Assembly (NCBI GenBank): GCA_049322255.1
Contig: JBMORE010000163.1
Span: 1 to 64,000, forward strand
Reading direction: 5' to 3'
Source of the DNA: Myxococcota bacterium
Lineage (GTDB): Bacteria > Myxococcota > Myxococcia > Myxococcales > Myxococcaceae
DNA: 64,000 bases
A model generated the notes under the pieces. That model saw only the letters and a list, made by a program, of their open reading frames with translations, did no database searches and was not told the origin of the DNA. Positions 18,919 through 28,029 of this stretch are shown here, one piece after another. The position numbers were made by a program, and so were the translations under genes. Every line of letters starts with the position of its first letter. Position 1 is the first letter of the stretch.

Positions 18919-20691
18919 TCAGGGAACTTCGATGGCGCCGATGTCCCACGCCGTCCCTTGGGGTCGAGTGGTCCAAGCGAGGTCTTGGCGAACGTTCAGC
19001 CCGTACAGGGACTGGAAGAGCGCAAAGACCGAATCCTCGCCGACGGCGTCGATCGCCGAGCTGCCGGCTTGGGGAACCATGTTGCCGTTCGCGGGGTCGC
19101 TGAGCAGCGGGTCTCCGGTGAGGTTTGCGGTGTTGGTGTCCCAGGAGCCGGCCACGGTGGTGTTGAAGAGCACGTTGCTTTCCAACACGCTGGTGGCGCC
19201 GCTCTGGGTGTCGAGCGTGCCCGCGTTGTGAAACACGTTGCGCCGCACGAAGAGGGAGGCGTTGGAGCCTGGCTGGCCCATGTCCACCGCGACGGTCGAC
19301 CCGCTCACCGAGTTGTGAATGAACCAGGACTCGCGGTTGAGCGCGTTGTTCTGCTGGATGAAGGCGTTGGTCGCGTTCCAAATGACGTTGCCCACCGCGT
19401 AGTTCTTTTCTCCGGTTTCGCTCCCAGAGTCGCGAATCGCCAGCGCGGTGCGCCAGATGCGGTTGTTCAACGCCCAGTGGTAGCCGGTCCAGGGCCCTTC
19501 TGCGTTGTTGCTGAGGATGATGGCCGTGCCGTTGGCCGCCGAGGCGCCCGGAGCCGCATAGAAGTCGTGCACGCGGTTGCTCGAGAACACCACGTGGTAG
19601 CTGTTTTTGTTGTCGAGGGCGTTCTCGTAGTTCTCGTAGAGCTCGTTGCCGGCGATGAAGATGTAGTGGCTGCTCGCCGACTGGGCATTCTGATTGTTGC
19701 TGTTCCCGGTCTGCACCCCGTCGCCCTGAATGTGAAAAATGACCGAATCGATGAGCCACAGGTAGCGGTTGCCGTAGAGCGGTCTCCACGCGTGCACGTC
19801 GAGCCCGCTGGCGTTGGAGCTCCACGAACCGCCCTCGTGCAGCAGGGCCTTGTAGGTCATCAAGAACTCGACGTTGGAAATACGGATCATTGAACCGCCG
19901 GCGCTGTTGACGCCGCTGCCAACCAGCTCCACGTTGCGCAACGTCACATATCTCGAGTCGCTGATCTGCATCTCTCCGAACGGGCGTCCCCCTCCAGGAA
20001 TGTCGACCAGCTTGAGCCCATCGAAGAGAACGTGATCGGAGCCGGAAAGGTCGATGCGACGCCCCACCCGCGGCCCGTTGAATCCCACCCACCAGCAGGG
20101 CTGAGCGGCCGTGCAATTGAAGGTCATGCTGCTGGCATCCCCCATATTGAAGTCCACGGTGCCGTAGGGTGAATTGGCCCCGTAAACGAAGATGTGGGTA
20201 CCTGCGGGGAAGGTGCCTTCTGGAATCGTGCGGCGAGGCGCGGCGATGGTCCCGCGACCGGAGTTGCCGGCGGTGGTGTCGTTTCCGTTGATCGACACCA
20301 CGTATTGATTGGCCGCCGCCGTCGGCGTGGGCGCAGCGAGGGTGCATGGGTCGTACGGCCAGCCGGGTTGAGAATTGGGCACCGGCAGCGCGGGCATGAT
20401 GCCAGAGGGCAATGGCTCGGTGGGGTAAGGCACCCCCGGGTAACGCCAGGCAACTCCTCCATCGGAGCCCCCGTTGGGGGTGCCGCCGCCGTCCCCACCA
20501 TCGGCGTCACTCCCGCCGTCGGCGCCACTTCCGCTGTCGACGTCGCTGCCTCCGCCTCCGTCCGGCTCGACCTCGACGCTTCCGTCCGTGCCTTCGTTCG
20601 CGCCGCCATCTGCGGTGCCCACCGTTGGGCTCGGACAACCCACAAGCAACAGGGAGGCGAGCACGAGCCCATGCGAGGAACGTGTATCCAT
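18919..20691 (-). CDS. Lipoprotein with D(G/S)G linker and right-handed beta-helix domain
   Basis: Lipobox LLVGC, YVVSINGNDT...GTIAAPRRTI, Asn-ladder repeats, and C-terminal SSAIDA...WDIGAIE. Confidence 0.8.
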   Translation of the reverse strand: MDTRSSHGLVLASLLLVGCPSPTVGTADGGANEGTDGSVEVEPDGGGGSDVDSGSGADGGSDADGGDGGGTPNGGSDGGVAWRYPGVPYPTEPLPSGIMPALPVPNSQPGWPYDPCTLAAPTPTAAANQYVVSINGNDTTAGNSGRGTIAAPRRTIPEGTFPAGTHIFVYGANSPYGTVDFNMGDASSMTFNCTAAQPCWWVGFNGPRVGRRIDLSGSDHVLFDGLKLVDIPGGGRPFGEMQISDSRYVTLRNVELVGSGVNSAGGSMIRISNVEFLMTYKALLHEGGSWSSNASGLDVHAWRPLYGNRYLWLIDSVIFHIQGDGVQTGNSNNQNAQSASSHYIFIAGNELYENYENALDNKNSYHVVFSSNRVHDFYAAPGASAANGTAIILSNNAEGPWTGYHWALNNRIWRTALAIRDSGSETGEKNYAVGNVIWNATNAFIQQNNALNRESWFIHNSVSGSTVAVDMGQPGSNASLFVRRNVFHNAGTLDTQSGATSVLESNVLFNTTVAGSWDTNTANLTGDPLLSDPANGNMVPQAGSSAIDAVGEDSVFALFQSLYGLNVRQDLAWTTRPQGTAWDIGAIEVP

Positions 20692-20709
20692 TGGATGAGA
20701 AGCGACAGG

Positions 20710-21087
20710 TCAGCCGGGCATTTCCCAGAGGTCGCCGCCCGGCCCGGGCTCAGTGGGCACCCGCCAGCCGCGCGCGCTGTCCTTGGGGAACTTCGCCTCG
20801 AAGGTCTCCGGCCGCATCGCCTTCACGGTGACGCGAAAACCGCGGTGCTCGAAGGTGACCGCCTCACCGGGCTTGAGCTTCTTGCGGGGCCCGTCGAGCC
20901 GATGGAGCAGCTCCCCAGGGTCGGGAGTCGTCAGCTTCACCGCGTTACCCCGGTGAGTTGCCGCCCAGCGAAGGCCCCGCAGCCGGGTGGCCCACATTCT
21001 GGACAAGGTCGTCGGGCTCAGGGAGGGACGGCTGGGGGCGCTGCGTTGCGCCAGCGGCCGCGTGGGACGACGTACGTTGACACTCAT
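20710..21087 (-). CDS. Hypothetical protein
   Basis: AGGAG ribosome-binding site upstream. A TTGACA -35-like hexamer lies further upstream (21146-21151, minus strand). Confidence 0.6.
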   Translation of the reverse strand: MSVNVRRPTRPLAQRSAPSRPSLSPTTLSRMWATRLRGLRWAATHRGNAVKLTTPDPGELLHRLDGPRKKLKPGEAVTFEHRGFRVTVKAMRPETFEAKFPKDSARGWRVPTEPGPGGDLWEMPG

Positions 21088-21214
21088 GGTTCTCGCTCCT
21101 GGGCCGACGATGGGTCACCCGTTCGTAGATGGCGCGGAAGCTCTCTGTCAACTCGGGCGCTTGCGGCGTCGCTGCCGCCTGCCCAGCTTCTTGCCGGCCT
21201 GAAAAGAAGTGCGC

Positions 21215-21787
21215 TCAATTGTAAATGCGGCATGAGCAAGTATCGAGGTAGGGGTTCGCGTCGCGATAGACCTCGGGTGGGTCGTGGTCGCGGATCAGAT
21301 CGGGCCAGTCGCGCATTAGGTATTCGCGGATGCGTTGATGGAGATCCAATCCCGACTCCAGCGTGCCACCACACTCATCGCCGCTGGGGAGGCACGTTAC
21401 GCCCGCCTCGTACAATGGCGCGCAGTGAGAGCGGCATTGCGTTCCAGCAACATTGCGCTCGATCGAATCCTTGAGCAGCGCGACGGAAGACTCGCAGGCT
21501 GGGTAATCATTCGTGCAACGCGAAGTCTTATTCAGCAGACCGGCATCTGGAGAAGCGTTGCTGACGCCGCCGTCGCGATACTGGTCCAACGTTTCCGGGC
21601 ATACATACACCGTAACGGACGCGCCACTACAACTATGAGAACCATGAGGGTTCGCGTCAGGAGGGGGCGTATCACAGGATGAATAATTCAAGGCCGCGAT
21701 GGCGCTGATTGCCAAGTAGCTCCTTGCAGGCGCCCGGAGGCTTCGCGTGACGCGGGTCACTGCTTGGGCATGCCGAGAAGGCGACAT
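21215..21787 (-). CDS. Hypothetical Cys-rich exported protein or lipoprotein (lower GC)
   Basis: Hydrophobic stretch ending YSSC, paired cysteines, and DGG/DAG motifs. Codons are more AT-rich than the flanks. Start is uncertain. Confidence 0.55.
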   Translation of the reverse strand: MSPSRHAQAVTRVTRSLRAPARSYLAISAIAALNYSSCDTPPPDANPHGSHSCSGASVTVYVCPETLDQYRDGGVSNASPDAGLLNKTSRCTNDYPACESSVALLKDSIERNVAGTQCRSHCAPLYEAGVTCLPSGDECGGTLESGLDLHQRIREYLMRDWPDLIRDHDPPEVYRDANPYLDTCSCRIYN

Positions 21788-21823
21788 GGCTTGATATTAT
21801 CGCAGGGTTGGAGTGTCGCTTCA

Positions 21824-22528
21824 TCAGGGCGTTTTCGGTTTCACAGGCTTGGGCTTGGCGCCGGGAGGCTTGGGTGGCTCGAGACGCACCGGGGACAAGT
21901 CGACGGCGGCGACGCCTGCTACCTCTCCAGGGGGAGGCCCGGCGGCGCTCGACGCATGGGGCGCCGGCAGGGGAGCCGTCATCTCATAGACCGCGGTCGC
22001 ACGGTGGTCAGGCACCAGGTGCCGGTGATGGCGGCCGTGGGGGAAGTGGCGCAGTTCGACGAAGCTCCAGCGTGGCCAGTAGGCGGTGAACACCACCGTC
22101 ACCCCGGGCGGCGGTAGCGGCACCCAGCCCACGAAGCCAGCGCCGTAGCGCCATTCGACCCAGGCGGGGCCCCACACCGTGTCCGGCACCCAGACCCAGC
22201 CCTCCTCGTCGCCCAGCCACAGCCAGCGGCCGTAATGAAAGGTGATGGCGCCCCACTCCCAGTCGGAGTCGAAAATCCACCCGTGGTCGGTGTACAGCCA
22301 ACGCCCGCCGGTGGAGTAAGGCACGAAGCCAATGCCCACCACCGCCCGGTACGGCCGCCACACCCTGCCGAAGTGAGCGACCACCAACCACTCCCCCCAA
22401 GGAGAGAGGGCGTCGTGGAAGGTGACCACGGTCGTCGCCACACGGGGATGTCGAGTCGGCGGGAGGACGTGGGCCACGCAGCTGAAGAGCAGCGACGTCG
22501 GTAAAAACCAAAAGAAAGAGCGGAGCAT
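21824..22528 (-). CDS. DUF6600-like Trp-rich lipoprotein
   Basis: Lipobox LLFSC. Contains FHDALSPWGEW, PYSTGGRWLYTDHGW, WGAITFHYGRW, WVWVPDTVWGPAWVEWR and GWVPLPP. Confidence 0.8.
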   Translation of the reverse strand: MLRSFFWFLPTSLLFSCVAHVLPPTRHPRVATTVVTFHDALSPWGEWLVVAHFGRVWRPYRAVVGIGFVPYSTGGRWLYTDHGWIFDSDWEWGAITFHYGRWLWLGDEEGWVWVPDTVWGPAWVEWRYGAGFVGWVPLPPPGVTVVFTAYWPRWSFVELRHFPHGRHHRHLVPDHRATAVYEMTAPLPAPHASSAAGPPPGEVAGVAAVDLSPVRLEPPKPPGAKPKPVKPKTP

Positions 22529-22709
22529 GCGGGTTGCCCGATGCACTCGCGATGCCGGCCAATTTCCCTGGAGAAGCCCGTCGTTCAAGTGCAGGGATTG
22601 CGTCCGGCGCACTGATTTCGCTTTGCCGCGCCCACGATGCGCTTCGCTCTCTGGTGGAGCGATGGCGTCCATTGCGGCATCGGCCTGACTATCTTATGTT
22701 TTATACTAT

Positions 22710-22985
22710 ATGGGTCAGCTCACGATTTACCTTCCAGACGAGGTCGAGAAGCGCTTTCGCCTCGAGGCTCGGCGGTCCAAGCGATCCGTCTCCGCCTACA
22801 TTGCCTCGCTGGCCGAACCACAAAAACGTGGCGCCCATGGGTGGCCCGAAGGCTTCGCAGATCTCTTCGGCAGCCTGAAAGGCGGGCTCGAGGCCCCTGA
22901 CGACGTTCCCCCGGAGGTCCCGCGCCTTGGCTCTTCGCTTCCTGTTGGACACCGACGCGTGCGTCGCTTACCTGAACGGCGGTGA
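22710..22985 (+). CDS. vapB: RHH-type antitoxin (VapB-like)
   Basis: MGQLTIYLPDEVEKRFRLEARRSKRSVSAYI is ribbon-helix-helix-like. Lies upstream of a PIN toxin, with an AT-rich operator-like tract just before it. Confidence 0.75.
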   Translation: MGQLTIYLPDEVEKRFRLEARRSKRSVSAYIASLAEPQKRGAHGWPEGFADLFGSLKGGLEAPDDVPPEVPRLGSSLPVGHRRVRRLPERR

Positions 22986-23328
22986 CCCGAAGCTCCGGCA
23001 CCGTTGGCTCCGCTCCCCTTCCGAGGACATGGCGCTGTGCAGCGTCGTGAAAGCAGAGCTGACCCATGGTGCTTGGGGTAGCACTGACCCCTTGGGCACG
23101 CTGGCTCGCGTGAATCAGTTCTGCGCCTCCATGCGCTCGTTACCGTTCCACGATCGGGCTGCACAAATTTACGGCGAGATTGTCTCAACGCTCGATCGAC
23201 GGGGCAGAGCCATAGGAACTTGCGACGCAATGATTGCCGCCATCGCATTGGCCGACAACCTCACGGTGGTGACAAGGAATACCCGGCACTTTCGTCGAAT
23301 TCCTGCGCTGCGCGTCGTTCGATGGTAG
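22927..23328 (+). CDS. vapC: PIN-domain toxin
   Basis: FLLDTD, SVVKAEL, IGTCDAMIAAIAL and VVTRNTRHFRRIP motifs. Confidence 0.9.
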   Translation: MALRFLLDTDACVAYLNGGDPKLRHRWLRSPSEDMALCSVVKAELTHGAWGSTDPLGTLARVNQFCASMRSLPFHDRAAQIYGEIVSTLDRRGRAIGTCDAMIAAIALADNLTVVTRNTRHFRRIPALRVVRW

Positions 23329-23348
23329 GGCCAAGCGCCGCGCCATCG

Positions 23349-24416
23349 ATGCGCTTTTCGCTCGGGCTCCTGGCGATGATGTGGCTGCATCATTGGGCGC
23401 TGTGGGCTTGGACTGCCCATTCACGCGGGTTTTCGCTGCTGCTCGGGCTCGACCGGTGGGACGCGGCGCACTTCAGCCGTATCGTCACCGAGGGGTACGT
23501 CGCGCCGCTGTACGCTTTCTTGCCGCTCTACCCAGGAACGGTGTGGGCAGTACGCGCCCTGCTCGGCGGGACACTGCCTCCGCAACTCGTCGGTACCTTC
23601 GCGTCTTCGGCTGCGCTTCTGCTGTTCGTCATCTGGGTCTCGGCACGCATTCAGCGAAACGAGGCCTCGCCGCTGTTGCCTGCCTCGCGCTGGGCTTGGT
23701 TCGTCTTCCTCTACAGCCCTGCCAGCTACGCCCTGCATAGCCATCACAGCGAAGGGCTGTTTCTTTTGCTCTCCTTCGGCGCCTTGCTCCTGGCTTGGGA
23801 GGAGCGGCTCTGGCCGGCTGTGATGCTCGCCACGTTCACCTTGTGGTGCCGAAACCAAGGCGTCTTCGTGGCGCTGACCACGCTCCTTTTGCTCACCCGC
23901 GGAGAGCTTCTTTGGCGCGAGCGCCTGCGTCGAGTCGCGGTGTGCGGTGGATGGTTCGCGGGCGCCTACCTGGGCCTGTTGGTGTTCGAGGCTTACGTCA
24001 GCGGCGGCGACCTGCTCGCTCACCTGCATGCGCAGCAGCAGTGGAACCATGTGGACACGGTGTGGGGCATGGTCCGCGGGTTATGGTTCGGCAACCCGTG
24101 GCAAAAAGAGCCTCCCTCCTTGTTCATGTGGCTGCGCAACGTGTTCGCGGCCGTGTTGCTGTGGGCCTCGCTGCGCAGCTTCCGCCGCAGCCCACCGGTG
24201 GCGCTCTATGGAGCGCTCTCCTTGTTGGTGATGTTGCCGCAGGGAGACTTCGGCAACGCCTACCGCTTCGGGGCGGTGCTGTTTCCCGCGCTCTTTGGAC
24301 TGGGAGATGCCTTGAGCCGGCGGCCGGTGTGGCTGCGCTGGACGTGCGCGCTGTTTCTATTGTGGCTCAACCACCAGACGGCCCATGCCTACCTGCTTTC
24401 CCGCTGGGCGTATTGA
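23349..24416 (+). CDS. GT-C membrane glycosyltransferase, PIG-V/mannosyltransferase-like
   Basis: RWDAAHF..I..EGY, AFLPLYP and SEGLFL motifs, with many TM helices. Confidence 0.8.
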   Translation: MRFSLGLLAMMWLHHWALWAWTAHSRGFSLLLGLDRWDAAHFSRIVTEGYVAPLYAFLPLYPGTVWAVRALLGGTLPPQLVGTFASSAALLLFVIWVSARIQRNEASPLLPASRWAWFVFLYSPASYALHSHHSEGLFLLLSFGALLLAWEERLWPAVMLATFTLWCRNQGVFVALTTLLLLTRGELLWRERLRRVAVCGGWFAGAYLGLLVFEAYVSGGDLLAHLHAQQQWNHVDTVWGMVRGLWFGNPWQKEPPSLFMWLRNVFAAVLLWASLRSFRRSPPVALYGALSLLVMLPQGDFGNAYRFGAVLFPALFGLGDALSRRPVWLRWTCALFLLWLNHQTAHAYLLSRWAY

Positions 24417-24429
24417 CGAGGTACCCACG

Positions 24430-25716
24430 GTGAGGCGGCGACGGTTCATCAAGGGTGCGGCGATGGCGCTGCTGATGTCGGTGGGCGGAGCGTACGCCCT
24501 CGCCTCCTACGACTGGTGCGGACGCTGGCCTTCTCCACCGCCCGCGCTCCTTTCGGTGGCGATGGCCGAAGGAACGCTCCTGGCCGGTGCGGCGAAAGTG
24601 GAGCTGACCCCGCCCTATCCGGTGGTGGTGGCGGGTTATCCGCCGCTGCGTCCCGAGGCGGAGCGCGCCTCCATGCCGCTGTACGCGCGGGCGCTGGTGC
24701 TCGAGGTCGAGGGACTCTCGGTGGGGGTGGTGGTGCTCGACGCCCTTCACGTACCCGCGCCGCTGGTGGAGGAGGTGCGCGCGCGTACCCAGCCGCTGGG
24801 ACTTTCCGGTGTGTGGGTGCTCGCCACGCACACCCACTCCTCCTTCGGGGGCTTCGACTGTCACCCGGTAGCGCAGCTCGCGGGCACGGGCCGCTGCCGC
24901 GCTGAGGCAAAAAAAGCCCTGGTCCATGCCGCGGCGGAGGCGCTGCACAAGGCGGCGGGCACGCGGACGGCGGCGACGCTTTCGGTAGGAGAGGGGGCGG
25001 CGGACGAGCTGGTCATCGCCCGTTCTGGAGATGTGGCCGATGGGCGGTTGACGCACTTGGTACTGGCCACCACCGAGGGAGGGGCGCTGGCGCAGCTGGT
25101 GGTCTTCTCCGCCCACCCCACGCTGGTGGGGAGGAGAAGCGAGGCGCTCTCGCCCGATTGGCCAGGAGCGCTCGCCCTTGCCGAGGAGAACGCCGGCCGC
25201 GGGGTGACGCTGGTGGTGCAGGGCGCGGGAGGAAATGCCTCGGCGGCCAACGCGGAGGAAGGCCCCGCTCCTTATGCGCGCAAGCTGGGAGAAAGCCTCG
25301 CCGCCGTCGGCATGGTCCAAGCCACGCCGGTGCTGCTCGCGTACGCGAAAGTGGGCACGGCGCTCCCCCGGCCTGATGCCTCGCGGCTGGTGCCTTCCTT
25401 CTCGCGCCGGGCAGGAGACAACTTCTTGTGCACCTCGGCGCCGCAGGAGGCCGAAGTCTCCGCCTTGCGCCTCGGGCCGATGTCATTGCTCGCGGTGCCT
25501 GGAGAGCCGACCTTTGCCGCCGCCAAGCAGCTCGAGCAGGCCGCTGGCGCGCGCCGGGTGGTGGGTTTGGCCAACGGCTACTTGGGCTACGTGGAGGAGG
25601 CCGCCGCCGTCAGGGCCGCCCAGGGCGAGGCCAAGCGGCAGTACTTCGACCCCGCTCTGACCGAGACGTTGACGAGGGCCGCCCAGCTCGCCGGTCAGGC
25701 GGTGCGCCTGCGCTAA
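24430..25716 (+). CDS. Neutral/alkaline ceramidase-like protein
   Basis: ATHTHS, SAHPT, QGAGGN, VPGEPT and GLANGYLGYV motifs. N-terminal RRRRFIK plus hydrophobic segment (Tat-like). Confidence 0.75.
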   Translation: MRRRRFIKGAAMALLMSVGGAYALASYDWCGRWPSPPPALLSVAMAEGTLLAGAAKVELTPPYPVVVAGYPPLRPEAERASMPLYARALVLEVEGLSVGVVVLDALHVPAPLVEEVRARTQPLGLSGVWVLATHTHSSFGGFDCHPVAQLAGTGRCRAEAKKALVHAAAEALHKAAGTRTAATLSVGEGAADELVIARSGDVADGRLTHLVLATTEGGALAQLVVFSAHPTLVGRRSEALSPDWPGALALAEENAGRGVTLVVQGAGGNASAANAEEGPAPYARKLGESLAAVGMVQATPVLLAYAKVGTALPRPDASRLVPSFSRRAGDNFLCTSAPQEAEVSALRLGPMSLLAVPGEPTFAAAKQLEQAAGARRVVGLANGYLGYVEEAAAVRAAQGEAKRQYFDPALTETLTRAAQLAGQAVRLR

Positions 25717-26003
25717 TCGAGGGAGATTTTCGAGTCTTCTTCGCGCTGCTTGAAAAGGAGCGCGGTGCGCCCCAGCACTTGGGCGAGCTCGGCACCGGTC
25801 TCACGGGCGAGGCGCTCGGCGGTCTCTTGCCGGTCCTCGGGGCCCTCGGAGATTTTCACTTTGATGAGCTCGTGGTCGAAGAGCGCCTGCTCCACCGCCG
25901 CGACGACGCCGGGGGTGACTCCTTGGGCGCCCACCTGCACCACCACCGAGAGGTGGTGACCCATCGCCCGCAGCTTTCGCCGCTGCTTGCCGCTGAGCGC
26001 CAA
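25713..26003 (-). CDS. yhbY: CRM-domain RNA-binding ribosome assembly protein
   Basis: LSGKQRRKLRAMGHHL..VVQVG..G, HELIKVKI and LAQVLGR motifs. Confidence 0.92.
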   Translation of the reverse strand: MALSGKQRRKLRAMGHHLSVVVQVGAQGVTPGVVAAVEQALFDHELIKVKISEGPEDRQETAERLARETGAELAQVLGRTALLFKQREEDSKISLD

Positions 26004-26012
26004 AGCGTCCTC

Positions 26013-28010
26013 CTACTTCTTCATCAGCCGCAGCTCGCGCTGCGCGTCGATGTGGTTGGGTTGCAAATCGAGGCACTGCTGGAAGTGGCGCTTGGCCGAG
26101 GTCAGATCGCCCAAGAGCTTGTCCATCTGGCCTTGAAAATAGTGCGCGGCGGCGCAGCGGGCGTTCTTCTTCAGGCAGACACCTAGGTCCTTCATCGCCT
26201 CCGCGTGCCCGGCCTTCTTGTCGGGGAAGGTGAAGAACTTCGCGTACCCGCGCCAGGCGTAGAACTCACCCTCGTCGGCGTTCATTTGAATGGCCTCGTC
26301 GAGCATCTTCACCGCGTCGGCGAATTTGCGGGCCTTCACCAAGATGCACGCTTTCTGGAAGGTCTCCTCGGCGGCGAGGATTTGCGCCACGTCCACCCCG
26401 TCGCCGCCGCCGGCCTTCAGATTCTCCACGTATTCCGCGCGCGCCGCTCCGTCCGAGAGCACCCGGTAGGCCTCGCCAATCCGCGCGAAGAGGTCGGCCT
26501 TGAGCTTTCCCAGCTCCGGCGGTGCATCGGCCGCCACGGTGTCGGGATGGTAGAGCTTGGCCAGCTTGAAGTAGGCGATTTTCACCGCCGAGCCATCGGC
26601 GTTCTCCTTCAGGCCCAACAGCTCGAAGTGGTTTTGCTCGGCGGTCTTGGCGGCCACGGCGCGCAGTTGCTCCAGCTCGGCCTTGTAGTCGACAGGCGCG
26701 GCGGCCGCTGCGGGAACAGGGGGCTTGGGCGCCGGCGCGGCAGCCTGCGCAGGTGGAGAGGGGGCGAGCTTGGGAGGCGCTGGTTTGGCTGCAGCGGTGG
26801 GTTTGGCTCCTGCGGCAGGAGGAGGCGGTGCGGGAGCGGGCTTGGGAGGCTCCGGCGGCGGCGAAGGCTTGGCACGAACGGGCACCGCGGCGAAGGAGAC
26901 GAGCTCCAAGTCGCGCAGGAGGAACGCGGTGCGCAAGATGTGGTCGGCATCTTGCGGCACATCTTGAAGAAGCTGGGAGAGCGAGCGCACTCCGTCGAAG
27001 TACCCGGCGGCGCGCGTCTCCTGCGGGCTCAAGCGCAGCTCGCTTTGCGCCACCTGCCCCCCCGACTTCATCACCGGAAGGTCGAGCGCGGGCGAAAGCC
27101 GCTGCCGCAGCTCGGTGGAAGGGATGCGCCGAACCTGGTCGGCCAACACCGCCCAGCGATTTCCCAGCGGCATCGCCTTGTGCGCGGGGAGCTCTTTGGC
27201 CTCGAAGGTGAAGGTGCCCTGGGTGGCCAAAATCCCCCGGAAGAGCAGGAGGGTCGCCCGCTGGATGAGGTGAGCGAAGGCGGTGCCGGGGTTCAAGATG
27301 CCCAGCCCGAAGAGAGCTGCCACCAAGTCTCCACCGAACTTGTCAGCGCCGGTCTTCGCCTGGGTCAGTTGGCTCGCGGTGGCCACTCCGCTTTTGAGCA
27401 GGAAGTCCTCCACCGAGTCCTCGGCGTGCGAGGAGGCCACGTACTCGGGGTTGCCCTTGCGGAAGTGAATCTCCAGCGTGCGGTCGGGCAGCGTCAGCGT
27501 GAGCAGCCCGGTGTGGTTGCCGGACGCGGCCAGGTAATAGAGGCGAAGCAGCGAGGTGTTGGCCAACGAGCCGCTCGCCGGAGGCGGAGCGCCAGGCGTT
27601 TCCAGAATCGGCGGCGGACGCGTGGAGGGCGCATCGACCTTCGGCTCGGCGGGGCTGCGCGTTCCAGGCCCGGCGATGGGAACGCCCGCCATCCCCGCAC
27701 GCGAAGCGGCGGCCACTGCGCCCGGTCCGGCGACGGGCGCGTTCGGAGCTTTGGCCACCCCTGGCGCAGCAGCAGGCGCTGGCCCGTCGTCGCCGGGTAC
27801 CACCACGTCTCCCCACAGCTCGCGCGGGAACACCCCCCGGACGCCCGGCAGCCGCCCGGGGAAGACGTAGCTCTCGCCGTCCTCCGACACTTGGACTTTC
27901 CCCTCGATGAGCCCGTTCTCGAAGAGCAGCTCGACGGAGCCCAAGGACAAAGGGCCCCACACCTTGCCCTTGTCGTTGCGGATGAAAACCTGGAGCAGAG
28001 GGGTGCTCAT
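26013..28010 (-). CDS. Multidomain J-domain protein (GYF-like N-terminus, DUF4388-like, Pro-rich linker, DnaJ domain, TPR)
   Basis: VWGPLS N-terminus, TGLLTL..IHFRKGNP, and NHFELLGL...YFKLAKLYHPD (HPD intact), followed by C-terminal TPRs. Confidence 0.85.
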   Translation of the reverse strand: MSTPLLQVFIRNDKGKVWGPLSLGSVELLFENGLIEGKVQVSEDGESYVFPGRLPGVRGVFPRELWGDVVVPGDDGPAPAAAPGVAKAPNAPVAGPGAVAAASRAGMAGVPIAGPGTRSPAEPKVDAPSTRPPPILETPGAPPPASGSLANTSLLRLYYLAASGNHTGLLTLTLPDRTLEIHFRKGNPEYVASSHAEDSVEDFLLKSGVATASQLTQAKTGADKFGGDLVAALFGLGILNPGTAFAHLIQRATLLLFRGILATQGTFTFEAKELPAHKAMPLGNRWAVLADQVRRIPSTELRQRLSPALDLPVMKSGGQVAQSELRLSPQETRAAGYFDGVRSLSQLLQDVPQDADHILRTAFLLRDLELVSFAAVPVRAKPSPPPEPPKPAPAPPPPAAGAKPTAAAKPAPPKLAPSPPAQAAAPAPKPPVPAAAAAPVDYKAELEQLRAVAAKTAEQNHFELLGLKENADGSAVKIAYFKLAKLYHPDTVAADAPPELGKLKADLFARIGEAYRVLSDGAARAEYVENLKAGGGDGVDVAQILAAEETFQKACILVKARKFADAVKMLDEAIQMNADEGEFYAWRGYAKFFTFPDKKAGHAEAMKDLGVCLKKNARCAAAHYFQGQMDKLLGDLTSAKRHFQQCLDLQPNHIDAQRELRLMKK

Positions 28011-28029
28011 CGGAAGCGGCGAAAGGACT

